Shown here: piece after piece, positions 26,531 through 38,679 of the stretch
How positions within the stretch are numbered: position 1 is the first letter of the stretch
How the letters are laid out: each line of letters starts with the position of its first letter
Assembly (NCBI RefSeq): GCF_018350175.1
Contig: NC_058368.1
Location: 1,302,001 to 1,366,000 of the forward strand
Length of the DNA: 64,000 bases
Source of the DNA: Felis catus
Lineage: Eukaryota
Direction of reading: 5' to 3'
Program-made: the position numbers and the translations under genes
The notes under the pieces: model-generated
What the model saw: only the letters and a program-made list of their open reading frames with translations
The model's database searches: none
Told to the model about the DNA's origin: nothing

Positions 26531-28875
26531 ATAATGCACGTTTACACCATTATCTGACACGATCTGCAGGCACTTATAGTCTTCACACAAGAAACCCACA
26601 TCTCCAAGTGGGAAAGAGACTTGCCCCCTGTCCTCTCAGTAGTGACAGTAGGGCCAGAACGTGTCTCCTGACCTCTGGGCTCCATGTGCTATGGATGCAG
26701 CCCTTCAACAAGGCTTCATCCAGCTGGAGTCAATTTGATTTTTGGAAACGTCTGAAAGCTGTTCTTCATCAGGGTTGGCTAAAAAATAAGTGGTTAGGTT
26801 ACCGTTTTGGTCAGCATGAGAGGAGACCATGTTACTTATTCTCTTGCATAACTCATAAGCAGCTCCTGGGTATATACCTGGGGTACGAGGGGGGTCCCCA
26901 CGGGGGGTGTTCAAAGGGGGTGCAGGTTCCTCTGTCTGTGCTGTCCGTCACCCCTCATGAGTATTCTGCCTGGAGGTTTGCACTGGGGCTTTCTGGGGTT
27001 GCCGAGGCCTGCCAATGAACGGGGCTGGTCGGTCTCTGAAAGTCATTTCCAGATCCGCACTGGTAGACCCTGTTGCTACTGTATTGATTTGCTTTCTTCT
27101 CAAACTCCACTTCAGAGGAATGATGGGAAGGAGGGAAGCTTTGAAACGAAAGCCTTTTATCTCTTAAATTTTTCTCTGTAAACGAGTCTCACCAGTTTTC
27201 TTTCATTTCCTTCTTGCCCCTTGGTGCCCGGCTCTCCTAAATTACCGTCTGTCATCTCCACAACAGAAGCAAAGCAGTTCCTTATATGCGATCCATTTAT
27301 TAATAATTTCCATTTCCACGGCTCTCACCGTCTGCAGCACTGCTTCCGCCCCCGGGCCGTGCTCATTTTCTTCCTTACTATTTCACGCACAGAGTTGTAC
27401 GGCCATTCCCGTGATAGCAGTTTTTCACGTGGCCGATTTCAGCTGCTCACTTTTACGGGATCAGTTATTTTCAAACACTTCCTTGGAGCCTCAAGATGAT
27501 TCAGGCGTTTTTCGCAGCACAGCAGTTATTACGTGATTAAACAATGTGTCATTTGTTACTGCCCATGGAGAATGTTTTATAATTAAAGTAAGACTGATGC
27601 ACGACTAGTTGCAGGAGTTGACATTTGGATATGCTGGCAAATGATCACCAGTGTGCCAACCAGTTATTCATTTACTCAGCGACGATTTCTTAAGTTTCTC
27701 CTTTGTCCTAAGCATGAGGGTTATAGTGTTGACAAGAGAGATGAGTCCCACGGAACTCAGTGGTCTGTATTCTGAAATGGTGAGTGGCCACTGCCTGAGA
27801 CCTTGTGGTTTCTTGGAGTTTTCTGACAACAGTGAATACACGTCGGAAGTTGCTTGGTCAAGTGATGAAACCAAGACAATTTAGTGACAAGTTTGATGTT
27901 CTTTGTTCAAAAGAAAACAGCCCGTGGACGGGAGGAGCACGGTGCCTCACAAGCAGCCACGGAGGACTCTGCAATCTTCCTGCGAGGTTTCGAGCAAGAG
28001 TGAGTGCAGAGGAGGCAATGTGGAGATGGGACAGTTGGCTAGGAGGTTGGGGATGTCCTTAGAAGGCCAGCAGTTTCTATTTTCTGGTGGAAGGTAGCGA
28101 GGTCAAGCTGAGCTGGAGGATTGTGATTGGTGTGATTGGTGACTGGTGTTTCCCAAGTGCAAGCCGCCTTAGGTTTAGATTTGTGACTTCGCCGGGGGCA
28201 GCCTCCATTTTGTGGGTTCGGATCCACAAATCAGTGCTACCCACCTTAAGGTGGTGTTAGGAGTCACAACCAGGAATAACACAATTTTAGACAGTCGAAC
28301 GCAACAAATTGTTGGGAATGCCAGGAGTAGGGGAGTAAGAAAGGATCAGTGGGCTTAGGATTCAGCGGCTTAGTTAAATAATGGTGTTTTAAGTGGTCAT
28401 GCAATGAACACTTTATCATGACCGCCATTTCAGCCTAGGCATTCTCTCTTCTGATCCTACAACAGATTGATGACACGGTGGCAGGAGGTGATTGGACATC
28501 GAGGGGACAATCAGCACCAACAGAGTGGTGAAGTCTTTACTCCGTATTGGGATGAGCCACCCACGGGGGCTCGCATTACTCATAGGCATTTATCTCAAAC
28601 TGCCCATTCTCTGGTAGCTTTGTGCTTTCACACATCCTTAGTTTGACTGTAAGTTCCTTATGGACAAGAATCCTTTCTTCTGTATATCTCTCCACTCAAT
28701 GCCTGTAACCATGCCCAACTGCCACGTGGGTTCCACTTGACAGAGGATTTCATCGGTCCTTGGGAAACGTATCATGGAATTGTCTTACACAACCAAAATC
28801 ACCCATAAAGAAGGTCCTTTTGAGATCTTTCTAATAACCATATGCTCTTGGGCAGGTTTCAAAGGTGTAAATCTT

Positions 28876-29111
28876 TTTTTTTTTTTTTTTAAAAATTTTT
28901 TTTTTTTTTAACATTTATTTATTTTTGAGACAGAGAGAGACAGAGCATGAATGGGGGAGGGGCAGAGAGAGAGGGAGACACAGAATCGGAAGCAGGCTCC
29001 AGGCTCTGAGCCATCAGCCCAGAGCCTGACGCGGGGCTCAAACTCACAGACTGCGAGATCGTGACCTGGCTGAAGTCGGACGCTTAACCGACTGCGCCAC
29101 CCAGGCGCCCC
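28876..29111 (-). mobile_element. Young felid CanSINE
   Basis: Perfect 16-bp TSD CAAAGGTGTAAATCTT, long T tail, CpGs retained. Confidence 0.97.
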
Positions 29112-31039
29112 ACAAAGGTGTAAATCTTGTACAATTCTACATGCGTACGGATCAGGATTCTAAGACGTTAATAAGGATATACTGTAATCCTGGAGAAGCT
29201 GATTATCCCAATTTTATAAACAAAGAGAACAAATCTTCCTGACTTTCCCAAAGCCACATGTTTTATAAGTGTATGTAAAAGGGAAAAGCCAGCAAACGGC
29301 TTGGCTCGCTTTAGACAGGTCACTTACGTATTTCAGGTCATTAACCTTTCCTTCCCCTTACATTTTCTTAAATTATTCTCTATCATGAAAACAGCTAAGT
29401 CTTTAAGTCTTCAGAGGCATTGCATTTGAAATACATTATTAAGTCTCCAGAGTCAACAGGTGCCATCAGATGCTATCAGCAGTAATAATACTCTTCTAGG
29501 ACCATCATAGGTGACAACCATGGGTCTTTTCAGCTTGAAGCTTCTATTTACCAGTTCTGTCCCACTGAAGAGCAAAATGCCTGCTGATCATACTGGTAAA
29601 ATGACCTTCTGCTATTTAAATTTATAAGATACAGGTTTTAATTGTATTCTACACTATTTAACTAAATAGTAGTGAAAACATCAACCATTTAAAAATTTTT
29701 ATCAAAACAAAAAAGTTTATAACTTTAAATTTTAGTTTATAACTTTAGTTTATAACTTTAAGTAGAACCGAAAGACTTTCAGTGCAATATTTCAGTCCAC
29801 TGCCCAGCCCCCGTACTTATCCCAGTACTTTGCCCCAGAGGCAACCAGCACCTTCATTTCTGGCCACTCTTCTGAGATTTACCACTATATTTCTAAGCAG
29901 TGTGCTTAATATGCTATATACTGATTTATGGATATTAGACCTGTTGACTTTTTATTCTGCCATTTGAGGGCTTAGTTCTTATGTAATCCCCACCATTCCT
30001 ACCAAAACCTACAACCTTATAACGGAGTCATAACTCCTATTTTGGTGAAATCAATATTGCTTCATTACATGATTTTAAACTACGTACGTAATCCCTTCTG
30101 GACCAAGGTGTGTTCTATGTTTACAGTTTCTTTCTCTTACAATTTCTTCCCCCCACCCCCAGTTCCCCCGCCGGGGCCGTGGAGTAAATAATGATTGTGT
30201 TTCCCTCCGCTTAGCTTTCTATGTGTTTATTGTTCCATTTTTCCCCTGCTCTACCAACCAATCTGTCACATGGCCAGAACTAATTTTTTCCAACTCCCAG
30301 GCACAGCTCTGAACACTCGACCTGTTCCATTTGTTTCTTGGCGTCCTCACCCTTGCCCTGCTCCCATCTGGACTGGGTCCGGCCGGCTGCTGCCCAGCGG
30401 CCAGCCAGGGCCCTCTGCCTTTCCCCCAGGTCCGAGCTTCTGCTCTCTGGGTTCCATGTCTTCTTTCCTGCTGTATGTCCCCATTTGGCTGAAGTGCATC
30501 TTCTAGTAGCTTCCTGAGAAAGAGAACAGGGGGAATACACTTCTGTGTCTTTCTATATAAAAAAAGCTTTATACTCGTCTCGTATGATGTCTTCATACAC
30601 TCGATGTGCCATCCTCTGGCCCTCCCCCTTCCCTTCCCATTTCTTTCTTCTTAGGAGTTTACGCCTTTTTTTCCCCTGTCATTTAATTGGCATGTAACAC
30701 CGGGGCAGAGATGAATGCACATGTTTAGGCTCGTGTTAAGCAGAAGTCTCATAATGTGTGTGTATTTAATGGACTCCTTATTTCAATGCCGGTTCTCATT
30801 ATTTGTGCAGGGTACTGCATTTTGCAGAGTGAGCCCACCTCTGTGCCAGGCCGGCCCTGTTCGGTTGGCACTGTGGTGCACCCCTGAGAGCCGATGAAAT
30901 GGAGAGTCATAGAAGTGAAGTAACTTTCCCCAGACCACACAGTTTAAAGGCCAGAGCTGAGGTTCGAAGGCAAATCTGAATCAAAGACTGCTCCCTTTCT
31001 GCCCACCTGCACCGATAGCCAAAGCCCCAGAGACAAGGC

Positions 31040-31745
31040 CCATCACGGCCCTATATGGATTAGCCCTGGGAGGCGCCGTGGCAGCCGGGGTGACTGAGAT
31101 GGGCACCGCGGAAGAGGGGACGAATGAGGATGGCAAAGATAAACGGGCAGTGTAACTCCAGGCAGAGTGAGTCGCCGGGGCAGGTGGCTGGTGCCCGCTG
31201 GGGTACAGCAGGTAGCAACCTGGGGCGAGATCCAACCGCAGGAAGAAGGGGTTAGAGTCCGAGGCTCCACCCCCGTGACCCTAAGTGACCTTAGGCAACT
31301 TACGTCTCTAAGAATCTGCCTCGCTGCGAAGTGGGGGCCATAACAGTTTCTTCAAAGCGCTATTTGAAGGGTTAAATAATATGTTATATGTGAATGTTCA
31401 CTGTGTTAACTTTAGAGCACTTAATAAATATAAAATATTCCTCTGATCAGCCTAGAAGGATCAATTATGATTATGAAAGGCCTTAAATTCCAACCTGATG
31501 AATCTTCTCATTTTTATAGGCAAAGGAGAAACGGAAAATACGTCTGATGGGGGAGTGGCAGTGTGGCGGATAAAGCGAACCTCTGCTAGGTAAGGTCTGG
31601 GCTTCGGTGTGGGGTGCGGCGGCCCCTGGTCCTGCAAAGGGCGCCGCGGGGAGGCTGGACACGCGCAGGCGGCGCACACTCTCCGCTGAGCGGTGTTTGT
31701 TCTCAGGAGGGAGCCCAGTGGAAAATTTTGAGCTGCGGTCAGAAA
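31040..31745. promoter_or_regulatory. GC/CpG-rich patch (possible regulatory element or gBGC tract) containing a MIR at about 31250-31430
   Basis: Locally dense CpG compared with CpG-poor flanks. Confidence 0.4.
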
Positions 31746-34349
31746 CCATGTGTACGGTCTTGGAAACTGAAGATGTTCCTTTAAAAGAAAAATCACAGTG
31801 CTTTTTAAACTCAAATGACAGCATTGACCATTATCTGCTTTTCTCTCTTGCCAGCTCTAGAGTTTTCTTGGGATGTTATCAGGGCAAGTATCAGAACAAT
31901 GCCCACTTCTGTTTTGTTTTTAACCTGAATTACAAATTACCAATCGGCAGATGTAGGCCAAGCAAGGAGGCTTCTTCTGCATGCTGGACTTTTCCAAAAA
32001 TGTAGAGGCTCGGGGGTTGTTGTTGTTCTTTCTGCTCCCCCACCCCCCTTTTCCCCAGTGGAGGTACTTTTTGTGTTCTGTTTTTGAGGGCTCCTGAAGA
32101 TTGTTTGAGAACTTGACTGCTGGGGCAGACCAGCACTGATGTTTTTTGTTGCCGTTATTTATTCTGCTGAGATTTCTAAAAGAATCAGACGAACAAAAAA
32201 GCTAACCCCTCCAAAACAAACTCCAAAACCAAAACAAAACACACAGACAAACTCACAACTTTCTTACAGTTGCTTCTGAGAGGCAAGATGCTTCTGGTCA
32301 CCATTATATTCTATGTAAAGCTTCAAGTTTTGATAGTGTAGTAAATATAGCCTGTATCTATTTTCGCTGTTGATGTGTTTTTCTCTTGAGAGAGGGAATC
32401 GAGTGAAAATGAACATGGTTGGGGTCCCCTTATCTAGTGTACTTCTCAGGAGTCTGTTGGACTAGGCATCTACTCTTTCCCCACGCTCCCTGAATGTGGT
32501 TCAGCCACTGCCCTTCTCTTTGCTTTCAGAATATCTTGCCCCTGACATATCATTGTGCTTATCGGTGATTTACGATCAACTGCTTTCCACTAACCGGTGG
32601 GCTTCTTGCGGGCAGCATCATGTGCTCGACAGCTTTCTAGCCAAATGCCGAGCAAGGATTGGTGCCCTGCGGGAGGCTGGAATCTATTTAAAATGAGGCC
32701 AGCATCAGCGGTACAAAGGCCACCCTCTGGCAGCCCAGGAAGAATGTGCTGTAATCAACATTCTGGGAAGACTAGACAAGAATGGAGAAGTCACCCACAC
32801 CGGGAGCCCCAGGGAGCTTCGGGTCCCACTCCAGCACCAGGAGCTCATCTATTACACAGCACGGCGATCATAAACCGATTTTTATTCTGGGTGGGCGTGT
32901 GCGAGTTATACTTATCTCTTTCCCTCATCAGATTGTGATTTCCTGAAGGGCACGGGCTACTCCTATTCAACTTTTTATCCCTACATCTAGCACCTAGAAC
33001 TGTGTGATCACTCAGCGGTGACTGAGGTGAAGAGGGGAGGGAAGGAAAAAAGCGAGGACAGGAGAAAGGTCTGGGTGCTTGAGAAAGCCTCTCCTTTGCT
33101 TCAGAGGCTTGTTCTGGGGCTTCTGGATTTTCGGTCCTTGGGGGCAGGCTGCGAGCTCTCACTGGCCCTTGGTGGTTCTTTCCAGGCTCCCCGTCAGCCT
33201 CACAGGGTTGTTGTAAACTGCTCTCGGAAAGGAGTCACAGAGGGAGCCCGTGCTAGGATCACCCGTGCACTGAACACCCAGCTCATCCCAGTGGCTATTT
33301 CAGAGTGGAAGATGGCAAAACGTTTTGATTTCACTTTGTTTAAAAGCAAGTTGTTCCTTTTCCTGACTTTTATATCCCAAGGCTAAGAAACAGTATAAAA
33401 CAACTTTTAAAAATGTATTTCAATGTTATCCATTGTTCACTAAAAGAGGGTCATAAAGGGCACAAGATGAGAGGAGACGCCGGGGCTCATGTGAGTCGCT
33501 CGCGGAACGCATTGGGAGAGCCCTTTCAAAAGATTTGATTTAGGAAGCAGGAAATGATTAAAACCGGATGGCTCTGATGAAAATTAGATTTAAATTTTTC
33601 ATTAAATTTGCATAGTTGGATGTAATTTTACTTACGATCTCCCCTATATTCCCTGCCTACAACATTCAAAACAGGTAAGGCCAGGTGAACACCTGTGCGC
33701 GTATGTATGGGTGTAGGTACGCACACATATTTTTAAATTATCGAGTCCGGATGAGAGTTTTTCTTATGACATACAGATGTACAACAGTGTATCCCCAGAT
33801 ATGTTTAATTCACTTTCATTACCAGCCCATCTCTTTGCCACATAATCGTCACACAGTGGTTCCAACAGGACACCTGAGCGTGGAACGCCGACCCAGCCTT
33901 TAAAACACAAGTTTCGGATTTGGTATTTTAGCAGGTAAAAGTTCAGTTTTTGGTTTTATCCTTAGAAGAGAGTACGTACATAGCATTTACTCCATTTTTG
34001 TAAGGTAAAGACCGATAAATCCCCAAAGGCCTTGGCATTTAGGACAAGGTTAATGCTTTATCCATAAATTTACTCCTTAAACTCTGTGATTCCTTGTATC
34101 CAAGTGAGATACCCTGTTGGCTGGACAATGGCCTATATCTTAAATATGCAGAGACCCTCCCGAGCACACGGAGTGTGAAGGAACCATCGCGAATGGACAA
34201 TTAGAAGTCCTAGCGAGTTTAGCCATCTCTGGGTGTCTAAAATAAGAATGCCAGGGTATGACTGATACCCGGGAGAGCCTCTGGACTTCTCTACGTGATG
34301 ATTAGCCTTCACTTTATGGAGGCGTGACAACAACATAATAATAGCCACC

Positions 34350-34540
34350 GTTTATTTATCTACTCCTGAATGCTTACCATGTGAGGGCGAAAGCCTCGTT
34401 AATTCTTATCTTATTCAGTCCTCACAACAGTCCTGTGAAGTAGGTACTATCATCATCCCATTGTGTAACAAACAAACTGAGGGTTAGAGACGTTAATTAA
34501 CTTGTCCCAGGTCGGACGACTAAAAACGTTTGGGAGCCAT
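34350..34540 (-). mobile_element. MIR
   Basis: CCTCACAACAGTCCTGTGAAGTAGGTACTATCATCATCCCATT..AAACTGAGG core. Confidence 0.8.
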
Positions 34541-35309
34541 TTTTTTGAATAAAATTCTAACAAAGTCTACGTTTTAAACCGTTGTAAAGTCTTCCTGGTA
34601 AGACACACGTCTGTGGGATCCCGTGATTTGTAGTTATTCATTTTGTGTATAGCTTGACGGAGAAAGTATCATTCTCGTTGCCTACACATAAAAGCTTCAA
34701 ACTGATCCTTTAGGAGGATGTGTGATTCCATTTAGTTGTTGATAAATAGAGTCCTGCGTTAGCATGTAACATGGATCTTTTTCCTCGTTTACCTTCTGCT
34801 GAACTTTCTGAGAGACCGTCTCACTCAGAAGAGCTTTGAATCAGTCCCGTTGGTAATGAAATGCGAAAACAAACCTTTGTTTTGGCGGGAACCACGAAGT
34901 CGCGGGCTTCTGCGCTCCTGGTCCGCGTCCGTATCGACGAGGAAACCGAGTTTCACGAGCTGCTGTGGGAGACGGTAAGATTTCCTAACTGAACAAAAAA
35001 TTCTTTTGACTTTATGGACTCGCTCTAACTTGGTGCCCGTGTGGCTACTTAAGTTTAAACTGGAATTCATTAAAATTAAATAAAAATAAAAATCCAGCCC
35101 CTCAGGCCCCCTAGCCGCATTGCGAGTGCCCAGTACCCTCCAGGGGCTGCCATATTGGAAAGCACGGATACGGAATATTTCCAGCCGCGCAGAAAGCTGG
35201 GCTGGACAGAGACGTCTGGATTATTTAGACTCCCGAGCACCAAGTTCCACACTTAGCAAAGACCACTACTTTTTTCACCATGAAAAAGAATTTTTTCCCC
35301 CACAACTAA

Positions 35310-35615
35310 ACAACGTCGAAGTATAGTTACGCACAGGATGACGTTCGTTTTAGGTGTGCGACACGGCGATCTGACAGGTCTGTGTGTCAGGCCGTGTTCG
35401 CCACAAGTGTAGCTGCCATCTGTCGCCACACAACACTACGACGACACCGTCGGCTGTCCTCCCCGTGCCGCACCTCTGATCCCTCCGGCTTCCTCATTCC
35501 GCAAACGGAAGCCTGTGCCTCTACTTCCTCTCACCCGCTTTGCCCATCCCCCCACTCCCTCCCCTCTGGCAACCTCCACTCTGGCCTCCGTACTGATGGA
35601 GCCGACAGCTGCTTC
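35310..35615 (-). mobile_element. LINE-1 3' end (L1MA9/L1_Carn-like), strongly GC-shifted
   Basis: Anchors CCACAAGTGTAGCT.CCATCTGTC, GGAAGCCTGT, CCCTCCCCTCTGGCAACC; partly homologous to the reverse complement of 62031-62195. Confidence 0.8.
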
Positions 35616-36136
35616 CGAAAGTAAGGGTGCCTCGGGATGCGGAAGCCCAAGCGGAACCGCCCATCCGTGGAGTGAGACTACTTTGGGCTCCGCTGCCTGT
35701 GTCTCAGGGCTGCCAGTTGCGTTTCTTTTCATTACCGAGAGGAGAGGACGTTCCGCGTGGTGCCTAGTAAAGCAGCGCAGACAGTAAACAGCAGCTCACA
35801 GGCTGCTCCTGCCAGCCTCTCTCGGGTGTTCCGCCTGGGGGGGGTTACAACACCTGCCACGGCCTGGGTGGGCCAGTGCAGCGCGTCGCCGGCAATCTGC
35901 CCGCACCGCCAGCACCAGGAAAGGTAGGGCATTCCTCTCCCTCTGCCTCTTTGCCGTGCAAACGCTCGTCGACTGTTCACCAAACGTGGGGGACGCTTTC
36001 TCTGGATTTATTCACGATCGCCCCCTGATTCGCCGCCTCTCAACCGTTTCCACGCAGGAATACAAAGTAGGAGTCTGTGATTGGGAAGGACGGCACATGG
36101 CGTGGGGACGCAAGCCCCGCTGAGCCACAGTACCAG

Positions 36137-36137
<1 letters not shown>

Positions 36138-36180
<43 letters not shown>
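36138..36180. repeat. (CA)n microsatellite
   Basis: Directly visible. Confidence 0.97.
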
Positions 36181-36183
<3 letters not shown>

Positions 36184-36346
36184 GCTGCAGCGGCCACGGG
36201 GACCAGCGGCATGTGCCGTCCCTGCTGGAAGTGGCCCAGGGAGGCTCGGGCTGTGTTCCTGAAGCTCCAACACCCCAACTAACACACAGACTTTTCTGTG
36301 AGTGTGAGAACTGTGAATTCACTTTGAATCTTTAGAATTAATTTTA

Positions 36347-36586
36347 GGCGCGCCTGGGTGGCTCAGTGGGTTAAGCCTCCGACTGTAGACTTCAGCTCAG
36401 GTCATGATCCCACCCCTGGTGAGTTGAGCCCCTTAGGGAGCCCCACACAGAGCTCTGAGTCTGGCTCTGGGCTGACGCCTCGGAGCCTGGAGCCTGCTTC
36501 GGATTCTGTGTCTCCCTCTCTCTCTGCCCCTCCCCTGCTCGTGCTCTGTCCTGCTCTCTCAAAAATAAATAAACATTAAAAAAAAA
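36347..36586 (+). mobile_element. Felid CanSINE with internal GAGCCCC duplication/insertion
   Basis: SINE head and tail. Confidence 0.9.
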
Positions 36587-36611
36587 GAAGACATTGAAAA
36601 GAGTAAGGGTG

Positions 36612-36838
36612 GGGGCACCTGTGTGCCTCAGCTCGTTAAGCCTCTGACTTCAGCTCAAGTCATGATCTCTCAGGTCGTGAGTTTAACCCTCCCCCCCCCC
36701 CCCCCATCGGGCTCTGGGCCGACAGCTCAGGGCCTGGAGCCTGCTTCCGATTCTGTGTCTCCCTCTCTCTGCACGCCTCCCCTGATTGCACTCTGTCTCT
36801 CTCTCTCCAAAATATAGAAATAAACATTAAAAAAAAAA
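36612..36838 (+). mobile_element. Felid CanSINE with poly-C expansion, tandem to the previous SINE
   Basis: SINE head and tail. Confidence 0.9.
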
Positions 36839-38039
36839 GTAAACAATCGCAAATCTTTCAAGGGTGTGATGCCTTTGAAGCCTTATGGCACTGAGGAATA
36901 AACTGCCCTGTGGGACCTTTGTCATTAATTCATTAGACAGATGCCAATGGCACAGCTACAGATTTCTATGATTCCCATTCATATAGATTACTTAATCTAT
37001 ATAACTTCCCATAAACTAATATACATACATCTAAGTGAGATGTGGTCTTTTTTTTCATGGTGGAAACCAAGTAGAAAGGTAAGGTATCCAATAACTGTAG
37101 CGCAAAAGTGATTTTTATTAGTTGCCACAACTGGAGGATGAGAGTCCAGTTTTCAGTTTATCCATTTTCTAAAATTTTATTTAGGAAATTTGTTTTTAAA
37201 TTGTATGTAACAAATGTTATTAAGTGGTTAAAGAGGATCAGGTGTTATTGCTTCCTTTTGTGACTGGCAGATGACTGCTTTTCTGAATTTAGTGCTTAGG
37301 CTAAAGAAAAAAGGGTGCTTCCCGTAGGAAAACAGAAAAATGACCGGGTTTGGACACCAAAAAGGATTTAGCTCTTAAACACGAGAGGGGTCTAGAGCCA
37401 TGAAGTCTACATCTAAGCACCCCGTCTCTTTTGAAGGGCTCAGGGTGGTCACATGAGAGGGCTCTGCAAAGACATGTTAGCAGAGAAGGAAGGGATTGAC
37501 GGCATTTTCTACTCTTTGGATTCTTGGGATCCACTCTTCCGATGCATTCCTCCTCGTTGTTTCGTGATAAATGGAACTTCAGAGGGGAGCCGTGTGGGCA
37601 GAGGGACAGAGACACAGGGGAAGAATCCAGCCCATTGTCCAACTGGGTGATATGAATGGTGGGCGGAAGCTGCGGACAGTAGAGCATTCATGAGGAAGGC
37701 ACTGAGTTCTCATTGTGACCCCTTCACCCTGATGCAGAGTTTTCAAAGACGGTTCATTCAATATTCACGCCAGCCTAAAACCAGACTGAAAAAAATGATG
37801 GGATGGTGTCTTTTTTTAGGCAGCTGAAGATGCAGACTATTCCGGATGGCTGCACTGAAAAATCACAGGGAGGGCTTCCTCCCCGATTCACTAGTGAGGA
37901 CTCTCTGGGCTTGGCAAATTCTCTTTGTACCTGGGGTAGCAGCTTCTACGAGACAGCCAGAGGCAGAGGATTCTATTTTCCTGTAACCCTTGGGAAGTAA
38001 TGTCCCGCCTTCGTATCAGAATTGGCCTGGGTCTCCGTG

Positions 38040-38515
38040 CCAGACTGCAGCCTACCTACCTACTATCCAGCATTCCTTTCTTCCTCGGTGGCAGAACTCT
38101 GATCTAACCTTGAATCAAAAATGACTTTTCCCAGCCTTCCTTGATGCTGAGCTTGGTGATAAAATTCTGGCCAAAAAAAGATGAAAGTGAGTAAGTTGGG
38201 TGGGTTTCTTGGAAGACTCTTTAAAGAGGGCTGACAGGTATACCTTTTCCTTTCCCTTTTTCCTTTGTGCTACTTCTTGGAATGGTTGTGATGGCTGGTG
38301 CACAGCAGCCATGTTAGATCACGAGGTAAACTTGAGGATAGAAGCCATGTCCTAGGATGGCAAGGCAGAAAAATAGATGCGCCTGGGCTACTGGTAACTG
38401 CAGAGCCACAACAGAATTGTATATTACCTTCCTCTGGACTTCATTTAAGTGAAAAAAGATAAACTTCTTATTTTGGGGTGTTCTGTTATATGCAACTGAA
38501 ACAAAGTTTAATTAA
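38040..38515 (+). mobile_element. Old MaLR LTR (MLT1J-like)
   Basis: TTCCCAGCCTTCCTTG..TTCTGGCCAA, GCAGCCATGTT..ATCACGAGG, GGATGGCAAGGCAGAAA motifs. Confidence 0.7.
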
Positions 38516-38679
38516 TTTAGGTTCTAAGACCAATTTACTTTATTGGACCTCTATTAAATTTTAATATTTCCTTTTCTGACCGTATCAGTTATTCCTCCTT
38601 CCCTCCTGAACTTGGCTGAACTTGTTTTCCCACTCTTCCATTTTCTCTAGTTCAGAGGCCCCACTGCCCCCCCCCACCC

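Larger units (their letters stand above)
34800..36300. promoter_or_regulatory. CpG-island-like region
   Basis: High CpG density, e.g. 20 CpG counted by eye in 35311-35510; E2F-like TTTTGGCGGGAA near 34880. Confidence 0.6.
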
